From Clostridiales bacterium (GTDB lineage: Bacteria; Bacillota; Peptococcia; DRI-13; UBA5745): 64,000 nucleotides of DNA. The position numbers were made by a program, and so were the translations under genes. The stretch spans positions 19,850-83,849 of the forward strand of contig JBCFAO010000012.1 of the NCBI GenBank assembly GCA_038562165.1, in the 5' to 3' direction. The notes under the pieces were generated by a model that was not told the DNA's origin, searched no databases, and was given only the letters and a program-made list of their open reading frames with translations. This document shows, piece after piece, positions 44,247-54,592 of this stretch (position 1 is its first letter; every line of letters starts with the position of its first letter).

Positions 44247-46073
44247 ATGTCAGGCAGTAATAAGATCCGCAATGTGGCTATCATTGCCCACGTGGATCAC
44301 GGTAAAACCACCTTGGTGGATAAGCTTTTGGCCCAGGCGGGCGGGTTAAAATCCCACGGCGCTGTGGCGGAACGAATCATGGATTCCAATGACTTGGAAA
44401 GAGAACGAGGCATCACTATCCTGGCCAAAAACACGGCCATACAATATGGGGATTACGTAATCAATATTGTGGATACACCGGGCCACGCCGACTTTGGCGG
44501 CGAAGTGGAGCGGATCATGAAAATGGTGGACGGCGTGCTGCTGGTAGTGGACGCCTTTGAAGGCTGCATGCCCCAGACCAGGTTTGTGCTGCGTAAAGCC
44601 ATCGAACAAGGCCTAAAGCCCATTGTGGTAGTCAATAAGATGGACAGGGAGAACGCCCGGCCGGCAGAAGTGGTGGACGAGGTGCTGGACCTGCTTATCG
44701 ATTTGGGTGTGGAGGACGACGAGGACCTGGATTTCCCCGTGGTCTATGCTTCGGCAATCGGCGGCTGGGCCAGCACCCGCTATACGGAAGCCGGCAAAGA
44801 TATGGTGCCGATTTATGAGAGCATTATTCATTGCGTACCGGCGCCGAAGGTAGAAGAAGGCGGCCTGCAGTTTCAGGCTATGCTTTTGGATTACAACGAT
44901 TATCTGGGGCGAATCGCCATCGGCCGGGTCAGCCGGGGTGCGCTGAAGGCCGGGGCCATGGTGGAAATCGCCAAGCGGGACGGCACGAAGGAGCAGGCCA
45001 GAATCACCAAGCTTTTTGGCTTCCGGGGTCTGGAGCGCATTGAGACGGAGGAAGTGGCCGCCGGCGATATTGCCGCCGTAGCGGGTCTGGGTAAGATCAA
45101 TGTAGGTGAAACAATAGGCGAGCCCGGCGCCGTAGAAGCTTTACCCCTGTTAAAAATCGATGAACCTACCTTGCAGATGAGCTTTCTGGTAAACAACTCT
45201 CCTTTTGCCGGCAGAGAGGGCGAGCCGATCACGGCCAGGAAGCTGGCGGCCCGGCTGATGCGGGAGACGGAAACCGACGTTTCGTTAAGGGTAGAGGAAA
45301 CGGACCGGCCGGAGATATTTAAGGTCAGCGGCCGGGGCGAGCTGCATTTGTCTATTCTCATTGAAAATATGCGCCGGGAGGGCATGGAATTTCAGGTATC
45401 GATGCCCCAGGTCATCTATAAAGAAATTGACGGCGTCAAATGCGAGCCCTTTGAATATATGGTAGCGGATGTGCCGGAAGAAGCCGTAGGTACGGTGATG
45501 GAGAAAATGGGCAGCCGCAAAGGCGAGCTGCTTAGCATGGAGACCCGGGGGGGCTGGACCAGATTGGAATATTCCGTTCCTGCCCGGGGCCTTGTGGGTT
45601 TTCGGACGGAATTTCTTACGGACACCAAAGGCTACGGCATATTGAACCACACCTACGACGATTATAAACCCTACAAAGGCGAAATCAACCGCCGCAAAAA
45701 CGGGGCTTTGGTGGCCTGGGAGACGGGAACGGCCCGCACTTACGGCTTAATCAACGTAGAAAGCCGGGGAACATTATTTATCAGTCCCGGCGCCGAAGTA
45801 TACGAAGGTATGATCGTAGGGGAAAACAGCCGGGACCAGGATCTGGTGGTTAATGTCTGCAAAGAAAAGCAGGCTTCCAATATGCGCTCTTCCACAAAGG
45901 ATGAGACGGTAAAACTGAAAGTGCCCAGGAACCTGAGCCTGGAACAGTCCATCGAATACATCGGCGATGACGAGTTGGTGGAAGTAACGCCGAAATCCAT
46001 TCGTCTGCGCAAATTAGTTTTGCACAAGGGTGAACGGGAGAAATACGAGAAAAGCCGCCGCCAATCGGAGTAA
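44247..46073 (+). CDS. typA: Translational GTPase TypA/BipA
   Basis: 608 aa. [21 protein letters not shown]. Confidence 0.93.
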   Translation: MSGSNKIRNVAIIAHVDHGKTTLVDKLLAQAGGLKSHGAVAERIMDSNDLERERGITILAKNTAIQYGDYVINIVDTPGHADFGGEVERIMKMVDGVLLVVDAFEGCMPQTRFVLRKAIEQGLKPIVVVNKMDRENARPAEVVDEVLDLLIDLGVEDDEDLDFPVVYASAIGGWASTRYTEAGKDMVPIYESIIHCVPAPKVEEGGLQFQAMLLDYNDYLGRIAIGRVSRGALKAGAMVEIAKRDGTKEQARITKLFGFRGLERIETEEVAAGDIAAVAGLGKINVGETIGEPGAVEALPLLKIDEPTLQMSFLVNNSPFAGREGEPITARKLAARLMRETETDVSLRVEETDRPEIFKVSGRGELHLSILIENMRREGMEFQVSMPQVIYKEIDGVKCEPFEYMVADVPEEAVGTVMEKMGSRKGELLSMETRGGWTRLEYSVPARGLVGFRTEFLTDTKGYGILNHTYDDYKPYKGEINRRKNGALVAWETGTARTYGLINVESRGTLFISPGAEVYEGMIVGENSRDQDLVVNVCKEKQASNMRSSTKDETVKLKVPRNLSLEQSIEYIGDDELVEVTPKSIRLRKLVLHKGEREKYEKSRRQSE

Positions 46074-46074
46074 T

Positions 46075-46238
46075 CTAGTGCTTTGTGACCACTAGAAGTT
46101 GTCACAGATGCGCAGAATATTTTCTCAAGTGCAAGGCGGAGGAGCGAGGCGTAGCGGTGTCTACGGTGAGCGACGACAACGCCGCAATTGAGAAAATAGG
46201 CAAGCAGATGTAAGCTTTTAGTGGTTACAGAGTACTAG
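46075..46238. repeat. Family B element with nested central hairpin (164 bp)
   Basis: Arms 46075-46114 and 46200-46238 are inverted. Inner inverted pair ATTTTCTCAAGTGC (46119) / GCAATTGAGAAAAT (46184). Starts 2 nt after the typA stop. Confidence 0.75.
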
Positions 46239-46344
46239 TATGTTCCTGCCGTTTTTTGGCTATCCTAAGCTTAAACGATTCTGCCCGGGCCGGGGGCTCG
46301 GACAGAATCCTGCCGGGAAGCAAATAGACGGGAGGGGAGTCATT

Positions 46345-46491
46345 ATGCCTGACGGGTTTATGGAATGCAGGACGGTTAATTGTAAGTTTTATCAAAATGG
46401 CTGTTGCAGCGGTCAACGCAAAAAGGAAGGCCAGGCTTACGAGGCTGGTATCAGCATGGTTTGCCATTGCCCGGATTTCCAGCCGCTGTAA
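46345..46491 (+). CDS. DUF1540-type small Cys-rich protein
   Basis: 48 aa from the ATG after GGGAGGGGAG. C..C......CC...C.C pattern (ECRTVNCKFYQNGCC...VCHCPDF). Confidence 0.6.
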   Translation: MPDGFMECRTVNCKFYQNGCCSGQRKKEGQAYEAGISMVCHCPDFQPL

Positions 46492-46571
46492 CGAAGTGCG
46501 GGGCATGTCCGCTACCTATGCGTTATAAACCGGATTCAACCCTATTTTAACCCCTAAAAAAGGAAGCGCCG

Positions 46572-47726
46572 ATGAGAAGCGTCACGGTAAGGGCCTTTGC
46601 CAAAGTAAATATGACCCTGGAGATCGGGGAAAAACGCCGGGATGGCTACCACCAGCTGGAAACCTTATTCCGGGGTATTTCCCTGCACGATTTAGTGGTT
46701 CTGAGAAGAAACGGCCATGGCATACATTTGATATGTGAGGCTCCTTTGTCGTGGGGTGTACCGGAGGACAGGCGAAACCTGGCCTGGCAGGCAGCGGAGC
46801 TGCTTTGCCGGGCTTTTCCCTGTAAAATCCCGGGGGTGGCTATTAAGATACGCAAAAAGATTCCGGCGGCGGCGGGCCTTGCCGGCGGCAGCGCCGATGC
46901 CGCAGCGGTTTTGCTGGGCATGAACTACCTGTATGATTTGGAATTATCGGCAGAAGAGTTAGGCGATTTTGCCGGCCGGCTGGGCGCTGATGTAGCTTTT
47001 TGCCTGGAACCCCTGGCTGCCTTAGGCAGTGGCCGGGGCGAGGAGCTTTTGCCGCTGCCGCCGGGACCGGTTTTGTGGGTAGTGTTATTGAAGCCCCCTT
47101 TTGGGCTTGCCACCAAGGAAGTCTATGAGGCCTGGGACCGGCAAAATCCGGACAGTGGAGACGGCGCTCAAGACCCCGAAGTGCCGACCCGGATACAGGA
47201 GTCCGTAAAAGCTGCGGCTGAGCCGGAGGCCTTCGGGATGGAGGCAACAGCAAGGGCTGGGACAGGGATTGGGCGGCCCGGCGGTCCGGGAGCAGCCGAA
47301 CCTCAGCTATCCCTGCTATTAAAGGGCTTGAAAGAAAATGATTTCAAGCTGATCCGGGATAATATGTTTAACGATTTAGAAGAGCCGGCTTTTTCTCTGG
47401 GCAAGGAACTGAGGAAATATAAGGACCGGCTGGCCAAAGAGCTGAAGGAAGAATCTGCCGCGGCAGCAGCCGGCAAAATCCTGCTTTGCGGCAGCGGCCC
47501 CACCCTGGCGGTTTTTTTCGACAGTGAGGAACCTGCCCGCCGGTTGGCCGAAAGGCTGGGCACAGTTTTTTCCGGATTACCGCCGGATGAGGCAGCCGGG
47601 ATTTTTTTGACCCGGACCACAATGGACTCAGATATGACCGAAAGAATAATAGAAAGAAATATGACATTGCAGGATGAGATGGAAGATGATGATGAAGGAA
47701 GGGATCAACATGATGGCGAATACTGA
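46572..47726 (+). CDS. ispE: 4-diphosphocytidyl-2-C-methyl-D-erythritol kinase (with internal low-complexity insert and acidic tail)
   Basis: KIPAAAGLAGGSADAAAVL GHMP motif. 384 aa, longer than I recall for typical IspE. Confidence 0.85.
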   Translation: MRSVTVRAFAKVNMTLEIGEKRRDGYHQLETLFRGISLHDLVVLRRNGHGIHLICEAPLSWGVPEDRRNLAWQAAELLCRAFPCKIPGVAIKIRKKIPAAAGLAGGSADAAAVLLGMNYLYDLELSAEELGDFAGRLGADVAFCLEPLAALGSGRGEELLPLPPGPVLWVVLLKPPFGLATKEVYEAWDRQNPDSGDGAQDPEVPTRIQESVKAAAEPEAFGMEATARAGTGIGRPGGPGAAEPQLSLLLKGLKENDFKLIRDNMFNDLEEPAFSLGKELRKYKDRLAKELKEESAAAAAGKILLCGSGPTLAVFFDSEEPARRLAERLGTVFSGLPPDEAAGIFLTRTTMDSDMTERIIERNMTLQDEMEDDDEGRDQHDGEY

Positions 47727-49098
47727 TAATAATGGAACGGTAGCCGTGATCCTGGCGGCAGGCAAAGGTACCAGAATGAAATCCGATCTGCCCAAGGTGC
47801 TTCATCCGCTCCTGGGCGAGCCCATGATTGCTTATGTTGTCAGAGCCTTGGAGCAGGCCGGCGCCGGCCATATTCTGGCGGTGCTGGGCCACGGGGGCCA
47901 GCAGGTGGAGCAGGTACTGCAAGACCGGGCGGAGCCCGTCTACCAAAAAGAACAGCTAGGTACAGGCCATGCTCTTTTGATGGCGTTGCCCCAGCTTCTT
48001 GCCTGGGGCGGCGGCGATTGCCTGGTGGTTTGCGGCGATACGCCCTTGCTTACCGGGGAGACTTTGACGGACTTGCGGCTGCGCCGCCGCCGGGAGGGGG
48101 CTCAGGCTACGGTGCTGACGGCGCTATTGGAGGAACCCAGAGGTTATGGCCGGATCATTAAAGAAGGAAACCGGGTGACTGCCATCGTGGAAGAAAAAGA
48201 CGCTGATGAAAACCAGCGCCAGATCCGGGAGGTCAACGCCGGCGCTTACTGCTTTGATTTAGGCTGGCTGAGCAAAGCTCTGGAGCAACTAACCCCCGCC
48301 AATGCCCAGGGCGAATATTATCTTACCGACGTTATTGCTTATCTGGCGGCCCAGGGGCAACTGGTGACCTCCTGCCAGGTGGACCAGCCTGAGGAGATCT
48401 GGGGTATCAATGACCGCCTGCAGTTGGCTAAGGCTCAGGACCGTCTGCGCCACCGGATACTGGAAGGCCATATGCTGGCCGGCGTTACGGTGGAAGAGCC
48501 CAATACCACTATTGTGGGGCCTTTGGTGGAAATCGGCCGGGATACGGTGCTGGAAACGGGCTGCCAGCTTTTTGGCAGAACGGTTATCGGCGAAGCCTGT
48601 GTTATCGGCCCCCGCAGCAGGATTACCGACTGCTCCATCGGCAAAGGCACCAAGGTAAACCAGTCCACCATGGAGGGCTGTGAAACCGGCGAAGGCTGTC
48701 AGATCGGACCTTACACTTACTTGCGGCCCGGCTGTGTGCTGGCCGATAAGGTGAAGGCCGGCGGCTTTGTGGAAATGAAAAAAGTCAAAGCCGATACCGA
48801 CGCTAAAATCCCTCATCTCAGCTATATGGGAGACTGCACCATCGGCAAAAAAGTCAATGTGGGGGCGGGCACCATTACCTGCAACTATGACGGGGTCAAT
48901 AAGTTTCCTACCGTTATCGGCGACGGGGCTTTCATCGGCAGCAATACCAATTTGGTGGCGCCGGTGAATGTGGGCCCGGGAGCCTATACTGCCGCCGGTT
49001 CCACCATCACCGAGGATGTGCCGGCCAATTCCCTGGGCGTGGCCAGGGGCAGACAAACCAATATTTTGGACTGGAAAAACCGGCCCTCAAAAAAATAA
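47710..49098 (+). CDS. glmU: Bifunctional UDP-N-acetylglucosamine pyrophosphorylase / GlcN-1-P acetyltransferase
   Basis: VILAAGKGTRM, C-terminal hexapeptide repeats. Start set to the ATG at 47710 after GGAAGGGA. Confidence 0.9.
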   Translation: MMANTDNNGTVAVILAAGKGTRMKSDLPKVLHPLLGEPMIAYVVRALEQAGAGHILAVLGHGGQQVEQVLQDRAEPVYQKEQLGTGHALLMALPQLLAWGGGDCLVVCGDTPLLTGETLTDLRLRRRREGAQATVLTALLEEPRGYGRIIKEGNRVTAIVEEKDADENQRQIREVNAGAYCFDLGWLSKALEQLTPANAQGEYYLTDVIAYLAAQGQLVTSCQVDQPEEIWGINDRLQLAKAQDRLRHRILEGHMLAGVTVEEPNTTIVGPLVEIGRDTVLETGCQLFGRTVIGEACVIGPRSRITDCSIGKGTKVNQSTMEGCETGEGCQIGPYTYLRPGCVLADKVKAGGFVEMKKVKADTDAKIPHLSYMGDCTIGKKVNVGAGTITCNYDGVNKFPTVIGDGAFIGSNTNLVAPVNVGPGAYTAAGSTITEDVPANSLGVARGRQTNILDWKNRPSKK

Positions 49099-49153
49099 TG
49101 GATAATACAAAACAAAAAAGAAATAGGAAAACAGAGAAGGAGAGTGGGATAGA

Positions 49154-50101
49154 ATGGTCAGATATAAGAATATCAAAATTTTTACCGGCAATGCTAATCC
49201 CCGGCTTGCCTCGGAGATCACCGAATATTTGGGAATGGAGCTGAGCCACGCCTCCGTCAGTTCATTTAGCGACGGCGAGATTTGCCTCAGCATCGGCGAA
49301 AGCGTCCGGGGATCCGATTGCTACATTATCCAGCCTACCTGCACGCCGGTTAATGATAATCTAATGGAGCTGCTGATCATGATCGACGCCCTGCGCCGGG
49401 CTTCCGCCAAAAGAATTACTGCGGTGCTGCCTTATTACGGCTATGCCAGGCAGGATAGGAAGAGCAAGGCCAGGGATCCCATTACGGCAAAGCTGATCGC
49501 CAACCTGATCACCCAGGCCGGGGCCCGGCGGGTATTGTCCGTAGATCTTCACGCCGGCCAGATTCAGGGCTTTTTTGATATTCCTGTGGACCATCTTCAT
49601 GCCGCTCCCTTGCTGTCCGATTATTTTAAGAACCGCATGGATCTGAAAGATGTGGTGGTGGTATCGCCGGATATCGGCGGCGTGGCCCGTTCCCGGACCT
49701 TGGCGGAAAGCCTGCATGTGCCCCTGGCCATTATCGACAAGCGGCGGCCTAAGCCTAATGTGGCGGAAATCATGCATATTATCGGCGACGTCAAGGACAA
49801 GAGAGCCATCATGATCGACGATATTATCGACACCGGCGGCACTATTGCTCTAGGGGCCAAAACCCTTATGGATTTTGGGGCCAAAGAAGTCTTTGCCTGC
49901 TGTACCCATCCCGTGCTGTCGGGCCCGGCCATCCAACGGCTCCAGGATTCCGTATTGACGGAAGTGGTGGTAACCAACACCATACCCTTGGCGCAGGACA
50001 AGCAGATCGAGAAAATCAAAACCATATCCATTGCTCCGCTGATCGGCGAAGCCATTATCCGGATTCATGAGGACATTTCCGTAAGCAAATTATTCGTATA
50101 A
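49154..50101 (+). CDS. prs: Ribose-phosphate pyrophosphokinase
   Basis: [28 protein letters not shown]. Confidence 0.93.
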   Translation: MVRYKNIKIFTGNANPRLASEITEYLGMELSHASVSSFSDGEICLSIGESVRGSDCYIIQPTCTPVNDNLMELLIMIDALRRASAKRITAVLPYYGYARQDRKSKARDPITAKLIANLITQAGARRVLSVDLHAGQIQGFFDIPVDHLHAAPLLSDYFKNRMDLKDVVVVSPDIGGVARSRTLAESLHVPLAIIDKRRPKPNVAEIMHIIGDVKDKRAIMIDDIIDTGGTIALGAKTLMDFGAKEVFACCTHPVLSGPAIQRLQDSVLTEVVVTNTIPLAQDKQIEKIKTISIAPLIGEAIIRIHEDISVSKLFV

Positions 50102-50155
50102 TTAGCCTTTTTCGCATCTTGTTTTTTATTGCGTTTTTTTGGGGAGGTAAATTCG

Positions 50156-50755
50156 TTGAAACTGATTGTGGGATTGGGAAATCCCGGACTTACTTATGCC
50201 CATACCAGGCATAATGTAGGCTTTATGATGGTGGACCGGCTGGCAGAACTTTGGGATGGGGCCTGCGAAAAAAAGCAGGGCCAGGCTTTGGTGCGCACGG
50301 CCAATGCGGCAGGCGAACGCTTATTGCTGGTGAAGCCTCAGACCTTTATGAATCTCAGCGGCGATTCCCTTTGGGAATTGGTGAATTTTTATAAAGACGG
50401 CATCGAGGATCTCATCGTTATCCATGATGATCTGGATCTGCCTTTAGGTAAACTGCGGTTCAAAAGCGGCGGCGGCACCGGAGGCCACCGGGGCCTAAAG
50501 TCCATTACCCAGCGTCTGGGCACCGACAAATACGACCGGTTAAAAATCGGCGTAGACCGGCCGCCGGATTTTATGACCACGGAGGCTTATGTTTTGCAGG
50601 CTTTTTCCATAGAGGAAAAGGGGCTGCTGGACAAGGTGCTTGATAAAGGGGCCGAAGGACTTCGCTATTGGCTGACGGAAGGCTGCGTGCCGGCCATGAA
50701 TAAGTTTAACTCCACTGACCTGCGGCCGTTGCCGCCGGCAGAAAATAATGAATAA
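50156..50755 (+). CDS. pth: Peptidyl-tRNA hydrolase
   Basis: KLIVGLGNPG, HNVGF. TTG start at 50156, 8 nt after GGAGG (the ORF track starts at 50129). Confidence 0.9.
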   Translation: MKLIVGLGNPGLTYAHTRHNVGFMMVDRLAELWDGACEKKQGQALVRTANAAGERLLLVKPQTFMNLSGDSLWELVNFYKDGIEDLIVIHDDLDLPLGKLRFKSGGGTGGHRGLKSITQRLGTDKYDRLKIGVDRPPDFMTTEAYVLQAFSIEEKGLLDKVLDKGAEGLRYWLTEGCVPAMNKFNSTDLRPLPPAENNE

Positions 50756-50846
50756 AGGACATGTGGAACGAGTTCCACCGAAAAATGAATAAAGGATAGG
50801 TGGAACGAGTTCCACCGAAAATGGATGAAGGATAGGTGGAACTTGG
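50741..50846. repeat. Tandem duplication (39, 37 and about 30 bp) spanning the pth stop and the mfd start
   Basis: GAAAA(T)AATGAATAAAGGAyAkGTGGAACGAGTTCCACC twice, then a truncated third copy containing the mfd ATG. Palindrome GTGGAACGAGTTCCAC at 50763 and 50800. Confidence 0.8.
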
Positions 50847-53800
50847 ATACGGGGATATCGCTGCTGCAAGCTTTTTTAAAGAAACAATCCGAATATAGTT
50901 TTGTGATACAGCAGGCCGGCGAAAAAAGCCATAATTTGATTCATGGCTTATCCGGCAGCCAAAGAGGGTTTTTGACGGCGGCCATAGCCGAAAACCAGGG
51001 CAAGGACATCCTGTTTATGGCGGAAAATACTCAAAAGGCCAGGGAAATTATTGATGATTTCAGCTTTTGGCTGCCGGACTATCAGGTTCTTTATTTTCCG
51101 GCCCTGGACATCATTCCTTTTGAGGTGCTGGCCCAAAGCAAAGAGACCCGCTGGAAACGCCTGGAGGTAATTCAGGCTCTTTTGTATGCCCAGGGACCGG
51201 TGGCTGTGGTAACCACGGTGGAGGCTCTGCGCAAGACTATGCTGCCCAAGGAGCAGTTGCGGTCTCATTTCCGGGTTTTGCAAATAGGGCAAACCCTGGA
51301 TGTGATGGAATTGGTGGCCTGGCTGGTGGAGCGGGGTTATGAACGGGTGGAAAGGGTTGAGGAAAAGGGCCAGATTGCTCTCCGGGGTGGTATATTGGAC
51401 GTGTTTTGCCCCACCGCTTTAAAACCCTGGCGCTTGGAATTCTTTGATGAAGAGCTGGATTCCATTCGCAGCTTCGCTCCGGAATCCCAGCGCTCTATCG
51501 ATAAAGTCCAGGATATTCTTCTTGCCCCCGCCAGCGAATGTATTTTTTCAGCGGAGCAAAAAGCCAGCATTATTGCAGGGCTTCAGGGAGAGGGAAAAAT
51601 CCCGGCTAAAAGGCGCAAGAAAAAAACGGCTGCAGAGACCGGCGGCGAAGAAGGCAAAGAGGGAGTCCAGGAGGGCAGCAGAGCGGAACAGCTGGTGGAA
51701 TTGCTGAGAGAAGGCTGCTTTTTTCCCGGCCATGAGCAGTTGCTGCCTTATGCCGGCGTTGCACCCTGCCTGATCAGCGATTATTTTGGCCGGCCGCTGC
51801 TGCCGGTGATGGCTGAGCCCTCACGCCAAAAAGAGGCCAGTCAGCTTTGGGAAAAAGAATACAGCGAGACCTGCCTTGATCTGCTGGAAAAAGGCCGTAT
51901 CTGCCCCGGGCAAATGCGGACTTACCTGTCCCTGGATGATCTGGTGCGGCAAACCGGCAGTAACGGGCTGCTGTTTTTGGCTTTGCTGCCTAAGCGGCCC
52001 AGCTGGTTTGAGGACATCAATACCCTGGGCCTGACGGCAAAGAGCGTTTCTTTATTTTTAAAAAAGGTACAGCTTTTAGCCGATGAACTGACGGAATGGC
52101 GGCGGCAGCAATACTGCATGATGATTCTGGCGGGCAGCAAAGAGCGGGGTCAAAGGCTGCAGGAAAGCCTGCGCAGCCTGGGTTTGGAAAGCAGCTGGAG
52201 CGACGGCAGCTTTACCCCCGCAGGCGGGGGCATCTTCATTTTGCCGGGTAAGATATCCGGCGGCTTTGACCTGCCCGGCCTTAAGCTGGCAGTAGTCTCG
52301 GAGCATGAACTGTTTTTTCAGCCCAAGAAGAAAGCAACGAAGAAAATGTTTCGGGAAGGCAAAAAACAGCTTTTCCTGGAAGATTTAAAACCCGGTGATT
52401 ATATTGTTCATATCAATTATGGCATCGGCCGTTATGAAGGCATTGAGAATATTACGGTAGACCAGGCCCAGCGGGATTACCTGGTCATCAGTTACAGTGG
52501 CTCCGACCGCCTTTATGTGCCTACGGACCAGGCGGAGCTGCTGCAAAAGTATACGGGTCAGGAAGGCAACCGGCCTAAATTATCGAAGCTGGGCGGCAGC
52601 GAATGGGTCCGTACTAAAGCCAAGGCCAGGAAGGCTGTAGATGATATGGCCGAAGAGCTGCTGGAGCTTTATGCTGCCCGGGAAGCCTTGCCGGGTACGG
52701 CCTTTGGCGAAGACACCCCTTGGCAGAAGGAGTTTGAGGAGGCTTTCCCCTTTGAGGAAACCCAGGATCAGTTGCGCTCCATCGAAGAAGTAAAACAGGA
52801 TATGGAAAGATCCCGGCCCATGGACCGGCTGCTCTGCGGCGACGTAGGCTATGGCAAAACCGAGGTAGCCATGCGGGCTGCTTTCAAAGCCGCCGCTTCC
52901 GGCTGGCAGGTGGCTGTATTGGTGCCCACCACGGTTTTGGCCCAGCAGCATTATAATACCTTTCGGGAACGCTTTGAGGGCTTTGCTCTGGAGGTAGCGG
53001 TGCTCAACCGGTTCCGCCGTCCCGCCGAGCAAAAAGATACCCTGAAGCGGCTGTCTCAGGGCCGGGTGGATATTTTGATCGGTACCCACCGGATTTTGTC
53101 CCAGGACGTGGAGTTTAAAAATCTGGGACTCTTGATTGTCGATGAAGAACAGCGTTTCGGCGTGGGCCATAAAGAAAAAATAAAAAAACTCAAGCAATCG
53201 GTGGATGTGCTGACCCTGACGGCCACACCCATTCCCCGGACTCTCCATATGGCTATGTCGGGCCTGCGGGATTTGAGCGTTATTGAGACGGCGCCGGAGG
53301 ACCGTTACCCTGTGCAGACCTATGTGGTAGAATATTCGGCGCCTTTGATTCGGGAGGCCATCCGCCGGGAACTGGGCCGGGGAGGCCAGGTTTATTATGT
53401 GCATAACCGGATTGAAGATATCGACAGGGTCCGGGAGGGTATTGCCGCTATCGTGCCGGAGGCCAGGGTGGCTTCGGCTCATGGCCGGATGACGGAAGCA
53501 GCCCTGGAAGGGATCATGTTTGATTTCATGGAAGGGGATATCGATGTCCTGGTTTGCACCACTATTATTGAATCAGGCTTGGATATCAGCAATGCCAACA
53601 CGGTGATCATCAATAATGCGGACCGCCTGGGCCTGGCCCAGCTTTACCAGATCAGAGGCCGGGTGGGCCGTTCCAACCGGGTGGCTTACGCGTATCTTAC
53701 CTACACGAAAGACAAAACTATTTCCGAGGTGGCCGAAAAAAGGATGTCGGCTATCCGGGAGTTTACGGAGCTGGGAGCAGGCTACAAAATTGCCATGCGG

Positions 53801-54427
53801 GATCTGGAAATCCGGGGAGCCGGCAACCTTTTGGGAGCGGAGCAGCACGGCCAAATCGCCGCTGTAGGCTTCGATCTGTATTGCCGGATGCTGGAAGACG
53901 CCATGAAAAAGAAGCGCCGGGAGAAGCTGCTGGGCCATGCCTTGCCGGAAAGTCCCGAGGAAGAACTGGAAACCGTGGCTATCGATCTCCAGGTCAAAGC
54001 CTATATTCCCATGGAATATATGGAGGACGAAAGCGCCAAAATCGACTTTTACCAGCGGATCAATAACGCCAGAAACAATGAAGATATTGACGAACTGCGG
54101 GAAGAAATGGTAGACCGTTTCGGCGATTTGCCGGATCCTCTGGAGAACCTGCTGGCTATCGGTTTCATTAAAGCCGTGGCCAAGGAGGCTAAAATTGCCG
54201 GCGTTATCCAGGAGCCAAAGCAGATTAAAATCATGATGGCCCAGGATCACGGTTTGAAAGGACCGGAGCTGATGGAGCTGGTGAAAAGCTTTAACCGCCG
54301 CATTTCGTTCAATGCCACGGATAAGCTGGAAATTATTATTCAATTGGCTAAGCTGGAAGAGCAGAATGTCATCGGCTTTTTAACGAAAGTAGTACAGGCG
54401 CTGCTGGCCCTTGTGAAAAAGTCCTGA
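50825..54427 (+). CDS. mfd: Transcription-repair coupling factor
   Basis: 1200 aa. GDVGYGKTEVA Walker A, VDEEQRFG box. Confidence 0.93.
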   Translation: MKDRWNLDTGISLLQAFLKKQSEYSFVIQQAGEKSHNLIHGLSGSQRGFLTAAIAENQGKDILFMAENTQKAREIIDDFSFWLPDYQVLYFPALDIIPFEVLAQSKETRWKRLEVIQALLYAQGPVAVVTTVEALRKTMLPKEQLRSHFRVLQIGQTLDVMELVAWLVERGYERVERVEEKGQIALRGGILDVFCPTALKPWRLEFFDEELDSIRSFAPESQRSIDKVQDILLAPASECIFSAEQKASIIAGLQGEGKIPAKRRKKKTAAETGGEEGKEGVQEGSRAEQLVELLREGCFFPGHEQLLPYAGVAPCLISDYFGRPLLPVMAEPSRQKEASQLWEKEYSETCLDLLEKGRICPGQMRTYLSLDDLVRQTGSNGLLFLALLPKRPSWFEDINTLGLTAKSVSLFLKKVQLLADELTEWRRQQYCMMILAGSKERGQRLQESLRSLGLESSWSDGSFTPAGGGIFILPGKISGGFDLPGLKLAVVSEHELFFQPKKKATKKMFREGKKQLFLEDLKPGDYIVHINYGIGRYEGIENITVDQAQRDYLVISYSGSDRLYVPTDQAELLQKYTGQEGNRPKLSKLGGSEWVRTKAKARKAVDDMAEELLELYAAREALPGTAFGEDTPWQKEFEEAFPFEETQDQLRSIEEVKQDMERSRPMDRLLCGDVGYGKTEVAMRAAFKAAASGWQVAVLVPTTVLAQQHYNTFRERFEGFALEVAVLNRFRRPAEQKDTLKRLSQGRVDILIGTHRILSQDVEFKNLGLLIVDEEQRFGVGHKEKIKKLKQSVDVLTLTATPIPRTLHMAMSGLRDLSVIETAPEDRYPVQTYVVEYSAPLIREAIRRELGRGGQVYYVHNRIEDIDRVREGIAAIVPEARVASAHGRMTEAALEGIMFDFMEGDIDVLVCTTIIESGLDISNANTVIINNADRLGLAQLYQIRGRVGRSNRVAYAYLTYTKDKTISEVAEKRMSAIREFTELGAGYKIAMRDLEIRGAGNLLGAEQHGQIAAVGFDLYCRMLEDAMKKKRREKLLGHALPESPEEELETVAIDLQVKAYIPMEYMEDESAKIDFYQRINNARNNEDIDELREEMVDRFGDLPDPLENLLAIGFIKAVAKEAKIAGVIQEPKQIKIMMAQDHGLKGPELMELVKSFNRRISFNATDKLEIIIQLAKLEEQNVIGFLTKVVQALLALVKKS

Positions 54428-54483
54428 ACTCTGCCTCCGGACCTGGTGCAGCTCCCATAAATTTCTATACTTGAAATTTTTTG

Positions 54484-54510
54484 AAGCAAGTTTTCCTTCA
54501 AAACTTGCTT
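54484..54510. terminator. Perfect 11-bp stem hairpin after mfd (no U-tract; overlaps the -35 of the next promoter)
   Basis: AAGCAAGTTTT-ccttc-AAAACTTGCTT. Confidence 0.35.
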
Positions 54511-54525
54511 AGGATGCGTTATAAT
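54497..54525 (+). promoter_or_regulatory. Candidate sigma-70 promoter for the prsA-like gene
   Basis: TTCAAA-17 nt-TATAAT. Confidence 0.45.
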
Positions 54526-54592
54526 GTATCTTATTGGGCAAGCTGTGCGGTTAAAGCCCAAGAGATTAATAGAGGATATGAGGAGAAATTAA

